NCBI GenBank assembly: GCA_963776245.1
Contig: CAVZLN010000009.1
Span: forward strand, 160,001 to 224,000
Source: Candidatus Eiseniibacteriota bacterium
Lineage (GTDB): Bacteria > Eisenbacteria > RBG-16-71-46
Reading direction: 5' to 3'
DNA: 64,000 nt
This document shows, in pieces, positions 53,049 to 62,710 of this stretch. The notes under the pieces were generated by a model. The model ran no database searches. It was not told the origin of the DNA and saw only the letters and a program-made list of their open reading frames with translations. A program made the translations under genes and the position numbers. The stretch's first letter is position 1. Every line of letters starts with the position of its first letter.

Positions 53049-55132
53049 CGCGCCGCCCCGACCGCGGGGGCCGCGAGCGCCGACTCGAGCCGCGCCCGCA
53101 CGTCGGCCGGCGCCGCCCGTCCGAGCAGCCCGCGCAGCGCCACCCCCATGGCGTGGCGCAGGCGCTTCTCGCGCGGCGCCTCGGCCATCGGCGCGCACGC
53201 GGCCACCGCCGCGCCCACCGCCGCCTCGATCGCCGCCGCGCCGGCCGGGGCGGACAGCTCGCTCACCACGCGCTCGGCGGCCATGCCGGGCTCGAGCAGC
53301 GCGCGCTCGAAGGCGCGGCCCAGCGCCTCGCCGCGGAACGCGCCGAGCGCGAGCGCATCCACCAGTGGCTTCAGCCGCGCGGCGGCGTGCGCCGGATCCA
53401 CCCCGCGGCGCCGCATCCAGCGCGCCGGGCGCTTCAGGCACTCCACCGCGACACGATGGGCCACCGGGCCCGCCGGCGGCGACAGCGCGTCGAACAGCGC
53501 CGCGGAGCTCTCGACCGCTGCCAGCCTGGCCGCCAGCAGGGGCGAGAGCCCGAGCCCGATCCAGCGCTCCTCGCGCGCCCACGGCCGCTCGGCGAGGCGC
53601 GTGGTGATGTCCTCGAGCCAGGCGTCCGGCACCGCGATGGGCGGCGTGTCGGTGTCCGGGTACATGCGGTCGGCGCCGGGCAGGATGCGCTCGAAGCCGG
53701 TGGTGCCGTCGGCGTAGGGCTGGCGCGTCTCGGACGGGATGCCGACCAGCGCGTCCCGCCCCCGCGCCAGGATCTCGCGCACCGCGGTCGCGACGTCCTC
53801 CTCCGGACCCCAGGTCACGATCACGGCGTCGCCGCGCTCGGTGCGCAGCGCCTTGTGCAGCGCCTTCCACTCCGCGGGCGAGAGACCATAGTCGCGCACG
53901 TCGGAGTGGATCATGAACGGCCGCGCGGTCAGACAGGCGATCACGCGCACGCGCTCGGAGAACTCGCGCGCGAACGTCAGCCCGGGCTGGGTGCGCGTGT
54001 CGAGCAGCCCGCCGAAGCCCGGCAGGCGCACCGCCGCGATGGTGTCGCGGCGTTCGAGCGCCTCCCGCACCGGCATGTAGTCGCAGCGCCGCAGCATGGA
54101 CGCGGCCTCCACCGCGCGCGCGGACACCTGCCACGGCAGGCCCTTGTCCGGCACCGCGAGCTGCTCGGCCCGCACCCCGCGCCGCAGCAATTCGGCGCGG
54201 ATGCGCAGCAGCGCCAGCTGGCGGAACGCCTCGTTGTGGGTGAGCAGCGGCAGCCAGCGGTGCTGGCACACGCCCTTGATCTCGATCCGCCGTCCGCCCG
54301 CGATGGACACGTTGGTGTCCTGGCGCGCCGCACCCTCACCGCGCCGCACCTTGCCGGTGGCGCGCGAGACGCGCGCCAGCATGCGGCCGCCCGCCTCGAC
54401 CTCCTGCGGCGTGAGGAAGTCGGGCTCGGTCACGATCTCGATCAGCGGCATGCCGAGCCGGTCGGTGCGGAAGGTGATGCGGTGCCCGACGTCGGACACC
54501 TCGCGGCAGGAGTCCTCCTCGAGCGAGAGTTGGCGGATGCGCAGCGGACGGTCCACGCCCAGCGCCGGCACGCGGAACGGCACCCGGCCCTGGAGGGCGA
54601 TCATCGCGGTGCGCTGGAAACCGGTGGGGATCGAGCCGTCGAGGTACTGCTTGCGCATCACGTGCAGCTCGCTCACCAGGTCGAGCCCCAGCAGCAGTGC
54701 GATCTCGTAGGCGATCTTCACCGCCTCCTCGTCGATCGGGAACGGCGGGGTGTCATCCAGCTCGTAGGTGCACACCGTCCCGCGCTCGAGCAGGTAGACG
54801 ATCTCCTTGCGCGTCTTGAACTCCATCAGCGCGGTGCCGTCGTACTCCCCCAGCTCGGAGAGCGTGGGCCGCATGTGGCGGAGCACCTCGGCGTCCACGC
54901 GGGTGACGCGGCGCCCCGCCGGGCAGCGGCAGAACAGCTTGCCGTGGGTGTGGATCTGCTGGTGGATCTCCAGGCCGGCGAGGAACCCGAGCGTGGCGTA
55001 GTCCGCCGGTTTCATCTCGGCCAGCTCGCGGTCGGGGAAATCGAGCGGCGGGTCGCGGCGCGGATTGAGGTCCAGCGCGGGCCGCGGCCCGCTCGGAGCG
55101 GGTCCAGGATCGGGTGTCGGGTCGGTCGTCAT
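53045..55132 (-). CDS. gatE: Glu-tRNA(Gln) amidotransferase subunit E (archaeal type)
   Basis: GLEIHQQ..KLFCRCP, RPTLSELGEYD, ELDDTPP, MRK...DGS..TGFQRT, LEEDS, DRLG.PLIEI.T, G.ARQD.NVSI, AspRS-like insertion (LPGFGG...IHSD) and PGADRMYPDTD.P. Confidence 0.93.
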   Translation of the reverse strand: MTTDPTPDPGPAPSGPRPALDLNPRRDPPLDFPDRELAEMKPADYATLGFLAGLEIHQQIHTHGKLFCRCPAGRRVTRVDAEVLRHMRPTLSELGEYDGTALMEFKTRKEIVYLLERGTVCTYELDDTPPFPIDEEAVKIAYEIALLLGLDLVSELHVMRKQYLDGSIPTGFQRTAMIALQGRVPFRVPALGVDRPLRIRQLSLEEDSCREVSDVGHRITFRTDRLGMPLIEIVTEPDFLTPQEVEAGGRMLARVSRATGKVRRGEGAARQDTNVSIAGGRRIEIKGVCQHRWLPLLTHNEAFRQLALLRIRAELLRRGVRAEQLAVPDKGLPWQVSARAVEAASMLRRCDYMPVREALERRDTIAAVRLPGFGGLLDTRTQPGLTFAREFSERVRVIACLTARPFMIHSDVRDYGLSPAEWKALHKALRTERGDAVIVTWGPEEDVATAVREILARGRDALVGIPSETRQPYADGTTGFERILPGADRMYPDTDTPPIAVPDAWLEDITTRLAERPWAREERWIGLGLSPLLAARLAAVESSAALFDALSPPAGPVAHRVAVECLKRPARWMRRRGVDPAHAAARLKPLVDALALGAFRGEALGRAFERALLEPGMAAERVVSELSAPAGAAAIEAAVGAAVAACAPMAEAPREKRLRHAMGVALRGLLGRAAPADVRARLESALAAPAVGAAR

Positions 55133-55207
55133 AGAGAGGGTGCCCGCGGACGCGAGCGGCGCGCAGGATAGCACCGGACGCACCACGAGGTCACACGCTC
55201 CGCCGCG

Positions 55208-57220
55208 TCAGGCCGCCCCCTTCTTCGACTTCGCCATGGCGCCGAGCCACAGGTACAGGCACAACGCGAGGAAGCAGCCTGCCGAGACCATCTGCGAGGT
55301 CGGGTCGTGGTCGAAGAACGGCGTCTTGATGCGATCCTCGGCGTAGCCGGGCAGCATGCGCAGGGCCGCCCCGAACACTCCGCCGAGCGCGCCGCCCGCC
55401 ATCAGCCCGGAGGCGATGATCACCCCGCGCTCCCGCATGGTGGCGCCGGCGTGTCCGCCGTCCTTCTCGGAGCGCCGGGTCACCACGTGGTGGATGAACC
55501 CGCCCACCAGCGCCGGCGAGTTGAGCTCGAGCGGCAGGTACATGCCGAGCGCGAAGATGAGCGAGGGCACGCCCACCATCTCGAGCATCAGCGTGACGAG
55601 CACGCCGGCCCCGAACAGGATGTAGGCGATCGGCTGCTGGCTCATGAAGTTCGAGACCAGCGTGGCCATGATGGCGGCCTGCGGCGAGGCGAGCACGTTG
55701 CGCGCGTCGCCCGGCGCCGCCTCGCCGAACTGGAAGGTGCGGGCGAGCATCACGATGGTGAGCCCGGAGGCGGCCGCGGCCACCACCACGCCGAGGAACT
55801 TCACCTTCTCCTGCGCCGCGGGCGTCGAGCCCAGCCAGTAGCCGGCCTTGAGATCGGTGATGGTCTGCCCCGACACCGAGACCGCGGTGCACACCATGCC
55901 GGCGATCGCCATCACGAAGAACATCCCGGTGGTCCCGGAGACGCCGAACTTCAGCAGCACCACCGACGAGATGATGATGGCGAGCATGGTCATGCCCGAG
56001 ACCGGATTGCGCGCCGTGGTGGCGATGGCGTTGGCGGCCACCGAGGTGAAGAAGAACGAGATCACCAGCACCAGCACCAGGCCCGCGACGAGCACCGGGA
56101 TGGAGGGCCCGAGCGTGCCCATGAACACCGCCACGCCGATCGCGCTCAGCACCACGCCCAGCAGGATGCTCATCAGGGAGATGTCGAGATCGGTGCGCTC
56201 CAGCCCCGAGCCTCCGCCCTGCTTGAACGCGCGCGCCGCGACCGAGAACGAGCCCACCACCACCTTGAGCGACTTGATGATGCCGACGATGCCGGCGCTC
56301 GCGATGGCCCCGACGCCCATGAGCCGCACGTACGAGCGGAAGATCTGCGCCGCGCTCATGTCCGGGATCGGCACCGAGGCGGGATAGACCGCGAGCCCCG
56401 CGGGCAGGTGGGAACCGATGAACCAGATGAGCGGCACCAGCACGAAGTTCGCGAGCACGCCGCCCGAGCACAGGATCATGGACGAGCGCAGCCCCATGAC
56501 GTAGCCGAGACCGAGGATGAACCCGATGGCGTCGAAGTTCACCACCACCTTGCCGCGGTCGGCGAGCGTCTTCATGACCGGGATGAACTGGAAGTTGATG
56601 GTCTCGCGCCACACCTGGAAGGTGGTGACGAAGAAGTCGTAGAGCGCGGCGATCCCGGTGGCCTGGAGCAGCAGCGCGGCCTGCGAGCCGCCCTTCTCGC
56701 CGGTCACCAGCACCTCGGTGATGGCGGTGGCCTCGGGGTACGGGAACTGGCCGTGGGTCTCGCGCACGAAGTAGCGGCGCAGCGGGATCAGGAACAGGAC
56801 GCCCATCACGCCACCCGCGAGGCAGATGAAGATGCTCTGCACCGGGTGCGGATCGAGCTTGAGGATGTAGAGCGCGGGCAGGGTGAAGATGGCGCCCGCC
56901 ACCACCGAGCCCGAGACTCCGCCGATGCCGGTGATGATGACGTTCTCGAGCAGGCTGGAGCGCCGCGGGAAGACCCGCGCCAGCCCGATGGCGAGGATCG
57001 AGATCGGGATCGCCGCCTCCATCACCTGGCCCACCTTGAGCCCCGAGTAGGCGGAGGCGACGGTGAAGACGAAGCACAGCAGGAGCCCGAAGAACAGGGA
57101 CCGCCCGGTGATCTCGGGGACCTTCTGGGTGGCCGGGATGATGGGCTGGTAGGTCTCGCCGGGCTTCAGCGGCTCGTACGCGTTCTCCGGCAGCGACTTC
57201 TTGGCGTTGTCATCGTGCAT
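55208..57220 (-). CDS. OPT family oligopeptide transporter
   Basis: EIT.RS, AYSGLKVGQV.EAAIPI, LENVI, YPEATA, NPVSGMT, DLKAGYWLGSTP and ASGLMAG. Confidence 0.92.
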   Translation of the reverse strand: MHDDNAKKSLPENAYEPLKPGETYQPIIPATQKVPEITGRSLFFGLLLCFVFTVASAYSGLKVGQVMEAAIPISILAIGLARVFPRRSSLLENVIITGIGGVSGSVVAGAIFTLPALYILKLDPHPVQSIFICLAGGVMGVLFLIPLRRYFVRETHGQFPYPEATAITEVLVTGEKGGSQAALLLQATGIAALYDFFVTTFQVWRETINFQFIPVMKTLADRGKVVVNFDAIGFILGLGYVMGLRSSMILCSGGVLANFVLVPLIWFIGSHLPAGLAVYPASVPIPDMSAAQIFRSYVRLMGVGAIASAGIVGIIKSLKVVVGSFSVAARAFKQGGGSGLERTDLDISLMSILLGVVLSAIGVAVFMGTLGPSIPVLVAGLVLVLVISFFFTSVAANAIATTARNPVSGMTMLAIIISSVVLLKFGVSGTTGMFFVMAIAGMVCTAVSVSGQTITDLKAGYWLGSTPAAQEKVKFLGVVVAAAASGLTIVMLARTFQFGEAAPGDARNVLASPQAAIMATLVSNFMSQQPIAYILFGAGVLVTLMLEMVGVPSLIFALGMYLPLELNSPALVGGFIHHVVTRRSEKDGGHAGATMRERGVIIASGLMAGGALGGVFGAALRMLPGYAEDRIKTPFFDHDPTSQMVSAGCFLALCLYLWLGAMAKSKKGAA

Positions 57221-57439
57221 GATGGCTCGATCCCTCGCGTGTTCGTCCGTGGGGCAGTCGGTCGCGCAGGATAACCCGAGGCAGGCGGCCACCCAAGGAC
57301 TCTTGCGACGCGAGCCGCCGGCCCCGAGTGGCGTCCGCCCGCGCGCGCTTGTGGCGCGCTTCGCCGCGGGGATAGAGTGCGGACGAGTCCGCCTCCCCCA
57401 CCGGCCATCGTCCCCGACGCGCCCCTCGAGAGGCCTCCG

Positions 57440-58732
57440 ATGCCCCCGTCGCGACACCCTGCACGCACCCGCGCCGTCCCTGTCCTCGCGGTCGCCTTCC
57501 TGATCCTCGCCACCGCCGCCGGCGCCGCCCCATCGTCCCCCATCACGCTGGTCGAGACCCGCCCGGTGGAGTCCGCGCTCGGCAATCCTGAGATCCCGGA
57601 CGCCGTCACGGTGTGGCTCGATCTCATCCGCGGCGCGAAGCGCCAGCTGGACATCGAGCAGTTCTACTGCTCGGACTGGCCCAACGAGCCCACGCGTCCG
57701 GTGCTCGACGCCATCGGCGAGGCGGCGAAGCGCGGTGTGAAGGTGCGCCTGCTGCTCGACGCCCGCATGCACGCGACCTATCCCCAGCCCGCCGACTCGC
57801 TGGCGAAGGTCCCGGGCATCACCGTGCGACTGGTGGATTACGGACGCATCGCCAGAGGGGTGCAGCACGCCAAATTCTTCCTCGTGGACGGGCGCACCGC
57901 GCTGCTCGGCAGCCAGAACCTGGACTGGCGCGCGCTCAAGCACATCCACGAGCTCGGCGTCCGCCTCGACGACGCGCGGGTGACGGGCGTGTTCCAGAAG
58001 GTGTTCGAGCTGGACTGGGCCGCCGCCGACACCTCGGGCCGCCCCGCCGGCCGCGACACCATCGCCGCGCTGCGCGCCGCCGCCGGCCATGCCGACTCGC
58101 CACCGCTGCCGCTCGTGCTGGTGCAGTCGCCGGGCGACACCGCGCGGGTGTGGCCGTCGTACAGTCCGCGCGGCTTCCTGCCGGACGCGGCGCTGTGGGA
58201 CCAGGATGCGCTGGTGCGCCTGCTGGACTCGGCGCGGCAGGGCATCGTGCTCCAGGCGCTGTCCTACGGCATCGGCGGGCGCGGCGAGCGCGACTCCACC
58301 CTCGACCAGGCGCTGCGCCGCGCCGCCGGCCGCGGCGTGCGTGTGCGGCTGATCATCTCGGACTGGGAGACCGGCGGGATCACCGATCTGCAGCGGCTCT
58401 CCACCGTGCCCAACCTCGAGGTGAAGCTCTCCACCGTGCCCGAGTGGAGCGGCGGGTACATCCCGTTCGCGCGCGTCGAGCACTGCAAGTACGTGGTGGT
58501 GGATGACGCCCGGCTGTGGGTGGGCACCAGCAACTGGGAGCCCAGCTACTTCCACGCGTCGCGCAACCTGGCGGTGACCATCCAGAACCGCCGGCTGGCC
58601 GCGCAGGCCCTGAAGGTGTTCGAGACCTCGTGGGCCTCCCCCGGCGCCAGCACGGTGCGCGCCGACGGGCAGTACCCGCGCAAGGACCACGGCATGGAGT
58701 CCCCGGACGGACGCCCGGTCTACGGACGCTGA
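57440..58732 (+). CDS. Secreted phospholipase D family protein
   Basis: Signal peptide and two HKD motifs, HAKFFLVD..GSQN and HCKYVVVD..GTSNW. Confidence 0.9.
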   Translation: MPPSRHPARTRAVPVLAVAFLILATAAGAAPSSPITLVETRPVESALGNPEIPDAVTVWLDLIRGAKRQLDIEQFYCSDWPNEPTRPVLDAIGEAAKRGVKVRLLLDARMHATYPQPADSLAKVPGITVRLVDYGRIARGVQHAKFFLVDGRTALLGSQNLDWRALKHIHELGVRLDDARVTGVFQKVFELDWAAADTSGRPAGRDTIAALRAAAGHADSPPLPLVLVQSPGDTARVWPSYSPRGFLPDAALWDQDALVRLLDSARQGIVLQALSYGIGGRGERDSTLDQALRRAAGRGVRVRLIISDWETGGITDLQRLSTVPNLEVKLSTVPEWSGGYIPFARVEHCKYVVVDDARLWVGTSNWEPSYFHASRNLAVTIQNRRLAAQALKVFETSWASPGASTVRADGQYPRKDHGMESPDGRPVYGR

Positions 58733-58787
58733 TCGTCCCGGCCGGCGCCGCGCCCGCGCGCGACGCCGGCCGCGCGCCGCATCCCGG

Positions 58788-60320
58788 TCACCACGAGGTC
58801 GCCAGCGGCCCCACCTCGGCCTCCACCGCGGTCAGCACGTCGCCGCGCGTCACCGCCGCCGCCATGGCGTCGTGGTCCCGATGGAGCGGCCGGTCCACGT
58901 CGAGATGCTCGACCACCTGGCGCACCGCGGCGTGCGCCGCCCGCGTGCCGCGCCCGAGCGCGTGGTCGCGGAAGTCGAGCGCCTGCGCCGCGGCGATCAA
59001 CTCGATGCCCAGCACCGCCCGCGCGTTCTCGAGGATCTGCTTCGACTTGAGCGCGGCGTTCATGCCCATGCTGACGAAGTCCTCCTGGTCGGCCGCCGCG
59101 GGGATCGACTGCACGTACGACGGCGCGGAGAGGATGCGCTGCTCGACGATGAGCATGTCGGCGGTGTACTGGCTCAGCATGAGCCCCGAGAACATCCCCG
59201 CGCCCCGGGTGAGGAACGCGGGCAGGCCCACGCTGAGGGCCGGGTTGAGCAGCCGGTTGAGACGGCGCTCGGAGAGCACCGAGACCATGGTGACGCTCGC
59301 TCCCACCACGTCGATCGGCAGGCTCACCGGGGTGCCCTGGAAGTTGGCGCCGGTGTACACGCGGTCCTCGTCGCAGGCGAAGATCGGGTTGTCCGCCACC
59401 CCGTTCAGCTCGGTCTCGACCTGCACGCGCGCGAACGCGAGCTGATCGCGCAGCGCGCCGATCACCTGCGGCGTGGAGCGCATGGAGTAGGCGTCCTGCA
59501 CCTTGGTCTTGAGCTGGCCGGTCTGCAGGTCGGAGCCTTCGAACACCCGCCGCAGGTTGGCGGCGCTGGTCCGCGCGCCGCGGAAGCCGCGCAGCTCGTG
59601 GAGACGCGCCTCGTAAGGACGCGGGTTGGCGTGCAGCGCCTCGAGCGTCATCGCCGCGGCGATCTCGGCCTGCGCCACCCAACGCTCGATGTCGTGCAGC
59701 AGCAGGCAGCCGATGCCGGTGATGAGGTTCGAGCCGTTGATGGCCGCCAGCCCGTCGCGAGCGTGCAGCCCGGGCGGCGTCAGGCCGGCCCGGGCCAGCG
59801 CCTCGGCCGCGGGCATGCGGGCGCCGTCGAGCTGGCACTCGCCCTCGCCCATCAGCGCCAGAGCGATCTGGCTCATCGGCGCGAGATCGCCGCACGCGCC
59901 CACGCTGCCCTTGGAGCACACCACCGGCGTGACCCCGCGGTTCAGCATGTCGACGTAGGCCTGCGGGATCTCCGGGCGGCAGCCCGAGTACCCGTGGCCG
60001 TGCACGTTCACCCGCGAGAGCATCGCGGCCCGCACGTGCTCGACCGGACAGGGCTCGCCGATGCCGGCGGCGTGGTTGTAGATCAGGTAGCGCTGGAACC
60101 GCTGGACCTGCTCGTCGGTCAGCACCACCTCGGAGAACTCGCCGATCCCGGTGTTGACCCCGTACATGATCTCGTGGGCGTCGATCTTGCGCTGCAGCAT
60201 GCGGCGGCAGCGCGCGATGCGCTCGACCGCGGCCGTCGACAGGGCGACCGGCTCGCCGTGGCGCGCGACGCGCACCACGTCCTCGATCGTGAGCCCGGCA
60301 TCTCCCAGGACGACGGTCAT
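58788..60320 (-). CDS. Histidine/aromatic amino acid ammonia-lyase family protein
   Basis: YGVNTGIG, HAAGIG, GSVGACGDLAP (MIO site), GLAAING, QDAYSMR, DNP, GANFQG and QEDFVSMG. Confidence 0.88.
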   Translation of the reverse strand: MTVVLGDAGLTIEDVVRVARHGEPVALSTAAVERIARCRRMLQRKIDAHEIMYGVNTGIGEFSEVVLTDEQVQRFQRYLIYNHAAGIGEPCPVEHVRAAMLSRVNVHGHGYSGCRPEIPQAYVDMLNRGVTPVVCSKGSVGACGDLAPMSQIALALMGEGECQLDGARMPAAEALARAGLTPPGLHARDGLAAINGSNLITGIGCLLLHDIERWVAQAEIAAAMTLEALHANPRPYEARLHELRGFRGARTSAANLRRVFEGSDLQTGQLKTKVQDAYSMRSTPQVIGALRDQLAFARVQVETELNGVADNPIFACDEDRVYTGANFQGTPVSLPIDVVGASVTMVSVLSERRLNRLLNPALSVGLPAFLTRGAGMFSGLMLSQYTADMLIVEQRILSAPSYVQSIPAAADQEDFVSMGMNAALKSKQILENARAVLGIELIAAAQALDFRDHALGRGTRAAHAAVRQVVEHLDVDRPLHRDHDAMAAAVTRGDVLTAVEAEVGPLATSW

Positions 60321-60372
60321 CCCGAACGCTCCGCGCCTGCGGAGCGCGCGGCGGCCGACGCGCGGAGCGCCC

Positions 60373-62458
60373 TCACTTCGCCGCGCCGGTCAGCTCGTCG
60401 GCGAGCCCGCCCATGTCGTAGATCCTGCGCAGCGCCTCGACGATGGCGCGCGCGTCCACCGAGACGCAGCGCGCCTGGTCCTCGGACCAGCCGTAGTCCC
60501 ACAGGAACGACTGGATGTTGCCGTCGAACACCAGGCCCACGTACTCGCCGTTGCGGTCGATCACCGGGCTGCCCGAGTTGCCGCCGATGATGTCGTTGGT
60601 GGAGACGAAGTCGAGCGGGGTGGCCAGGTCGAGCGACTTCTCCGCCGCCGCCACCCGCGCCGGCAGGTCGAACGGCCGCCGCCCGTCGAACGAGCGCGAG
60701 CGGTCGTAGAGCCCGTAGAAGGTGGTCTTCCACGGCACCTCGGTGGTGATCTGCGTGTAGCCCGCCACCTTGCCGTAGGACAGCCGCAGCGTGCCGGTGG
60801 CGTCCGGGTAGACGTTCTTGCCGTCGAGCGCGAAGCGCGCGCGGGCGATCTTCGCGCCCTCGAGCGACTCCACGCCCTCGACGTGGTCCTCGTGCCACGT
60901 GCGCTGCTCGCGGTAGGGCGCGTCGAGGCGCGCGCGCCCAGCGATCAGCGGATCGTTCGAGGCCTCGACCGCCTCGCGTCCGCCCTCGAGCAGGCGCTGG
61001 CGCACCGCGACGTCGGCGAGCTGCGTGCCCGCGAGAGGATCTCGTGCGCCACCTCGCGCGGCGTGCGGCCGCCGAGCGCCGCCTTCACGAACGGGTCGTC
61101 CGGCGCCGAGCTCGTCGAGCGCGGTCTGCAGGTGCGAGGCCGAGCACGTGCTCCTCCATCGCCGGGTAGATCGGCGCGGGCGAGAGCAGCAGGAAGCGCA
61201 TCGAGCCCAGGTTGGTGTCGCGGTACTCGCGGAAGCGCTGGTCGTTCGGCTTCTCGACCTCGGCGGTCAGGCGCACGAGTGCCGTTGGCGATGTCGACGA
61301 GCCGCGACAGCGCGCAAGGCTCGCGGTAGAGCGTGCGCCTGCCCGCGCTCGCGCGGCACGCTGCTCCGCCGCGGCGATGCGGTCCCACGCCGCCGCCGCA
61401 GTCCGCGGCCAGCGCCGGGTCCTTCGCCACCCGCGCGCGCAGGTCGTCCTCGGCCGCGCGCTTGGCCGCCGGCGAACGCCGGGTCGCGCAGGATCTCGAG
61501 GAAGCCGCGCTGGCGCTTGAGGTTGTTCTCGAGGCCGCGGATGCCGTTGACGGCCTGGCGCGCCTGCTCGGGGCCCTGCGCCGGCGTACTCGCGGTAGGC
61601 CGCGATGCGCCGCTCGCCGATGCGGATCCGCGCCGGCATGTCGACGTCGCGCTCGTACTCGAGCTGCGCCACCGTGCGCCGGCGGCCGGTGCGGCCGGGG
61701 TGGCCGGCCACGAACACCAGGTCGTCCTCGACTTCACGCCCTTCGCGCTCCAGCGGATCCAGTGCTCGGGCTGGGCGGGCTGGCCGTTCTCGTAGACGCG
61801 GAAGAACGCGAAGTCGAGGTCGTGCCGCGGGTACGAGAAGTTGTCGAGGTCGCCGCCGAAGAACGCGATCTGCTCCTCGGGCGCGCACACCAGCCGCACG
61901 TCCTTGTAGGTGCGGTAGCGATAGAGCCAGTACTCGCCGCCCTGGTAGAGCTCCACCGACTCGGTCTTGAGCCCGGTCTTCTGGGTGGACTCCTGCTCGA
62001 GGCGCGCGAGCGCGCCTTGCGCTGCGCGTTCTGGCGGGCCATCGGGGCGCCTTGGAGTCGATCGCCGCGTTCACCCGCGCGGTCACGTCCTCCATCGACC
62101 ACAGCACCTTGAGCTCGAGGTCGGGGCACTTCATCTCCTCGGCGCGGGTGCGCGCGAAGAAGCCGTCGCGCACGTAGTCGTGCTCGCGCGAGGACATCTT
62201 CGAGAGCTGGCCGAGCGCCACGTGGTGGTTGGTGAGCACCAGCCCGTCGGGCGAGACGAACGCACCCGAGCCGCCGCCGAAGTTCACCGCCGCCTTCTGC
62301 ACGTGCTCGACCCACTGCGGCGTGGGCGTGAAGCCGTAGCGCTCCTGCAGCTGCTGGAGCGGCAGGTTGTCGAGGGTCCACATGCCCTCGTCGGCGAGGG
62401 CGGGGACGGCGAGCGCCGCGAGTGCGAGCGCGGCGGCGAGCGGCGGCGTGAGGCGCAT
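60373..62458 (-). pseudogene. S46 family dipeptidyl peptidase (DPP7/DPP11-like), split by several frameshifts (likely sequencing indels)
   Basis: Signal peptide + ADEGMW, FVSPDGLVLTNHHV, YKDVRLV.AP...FFGGD.DNF..PRH, YPDATGTLRLSYG and DIIGGNSGSP, spread over different frames. Confidence 0.82.
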
Positions 62459-62710
62459 CGTGCGACTCCCATCCTGCCGGCGCGTGCACGCACCACCGGC
62501 GGTTCGAAGGCCTGTGGAGAACGAGTGGACCTGGGACTTCGGGCGAGCCCGCACCATGGGAGGCCGGCGGAGTATCGGAAGCCCTCCCCGGGCGGTCAAA
62601 GCACCGAGTACCAACGCGGCGACTGGCGGCACCGGCGCGCCCGCGCCGCGGCCGCGAGCGCGCGGGGACGCGCCGGGCATCCGGCCCGGCCCCGCGAGGC
62701 CCACCCGGGA

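Noticed and set aside
51660..55132. Reading the pair as gatB plus L-asparaginase, or as the MurT-GatD peptidoglycan amidase
   Set aside because: GatE-specific motifs, the AspRS-like insertion and the GatD N-domain are present. No gatA/gatC, Mur ligase or class I glutamine amidotransferase motifs are seen.
42207..58690. Apparent long fusion ORFs (42207..45314, 49217..51727, 50227..52977, 51660..54269, 55208..58690)
   Set aside because: The N-terminal extensions are Arg/Ala/Pro-rich read-through overlapping other real genes. Internal starts with an RBS or stop-start overlap explain the true CDSs.
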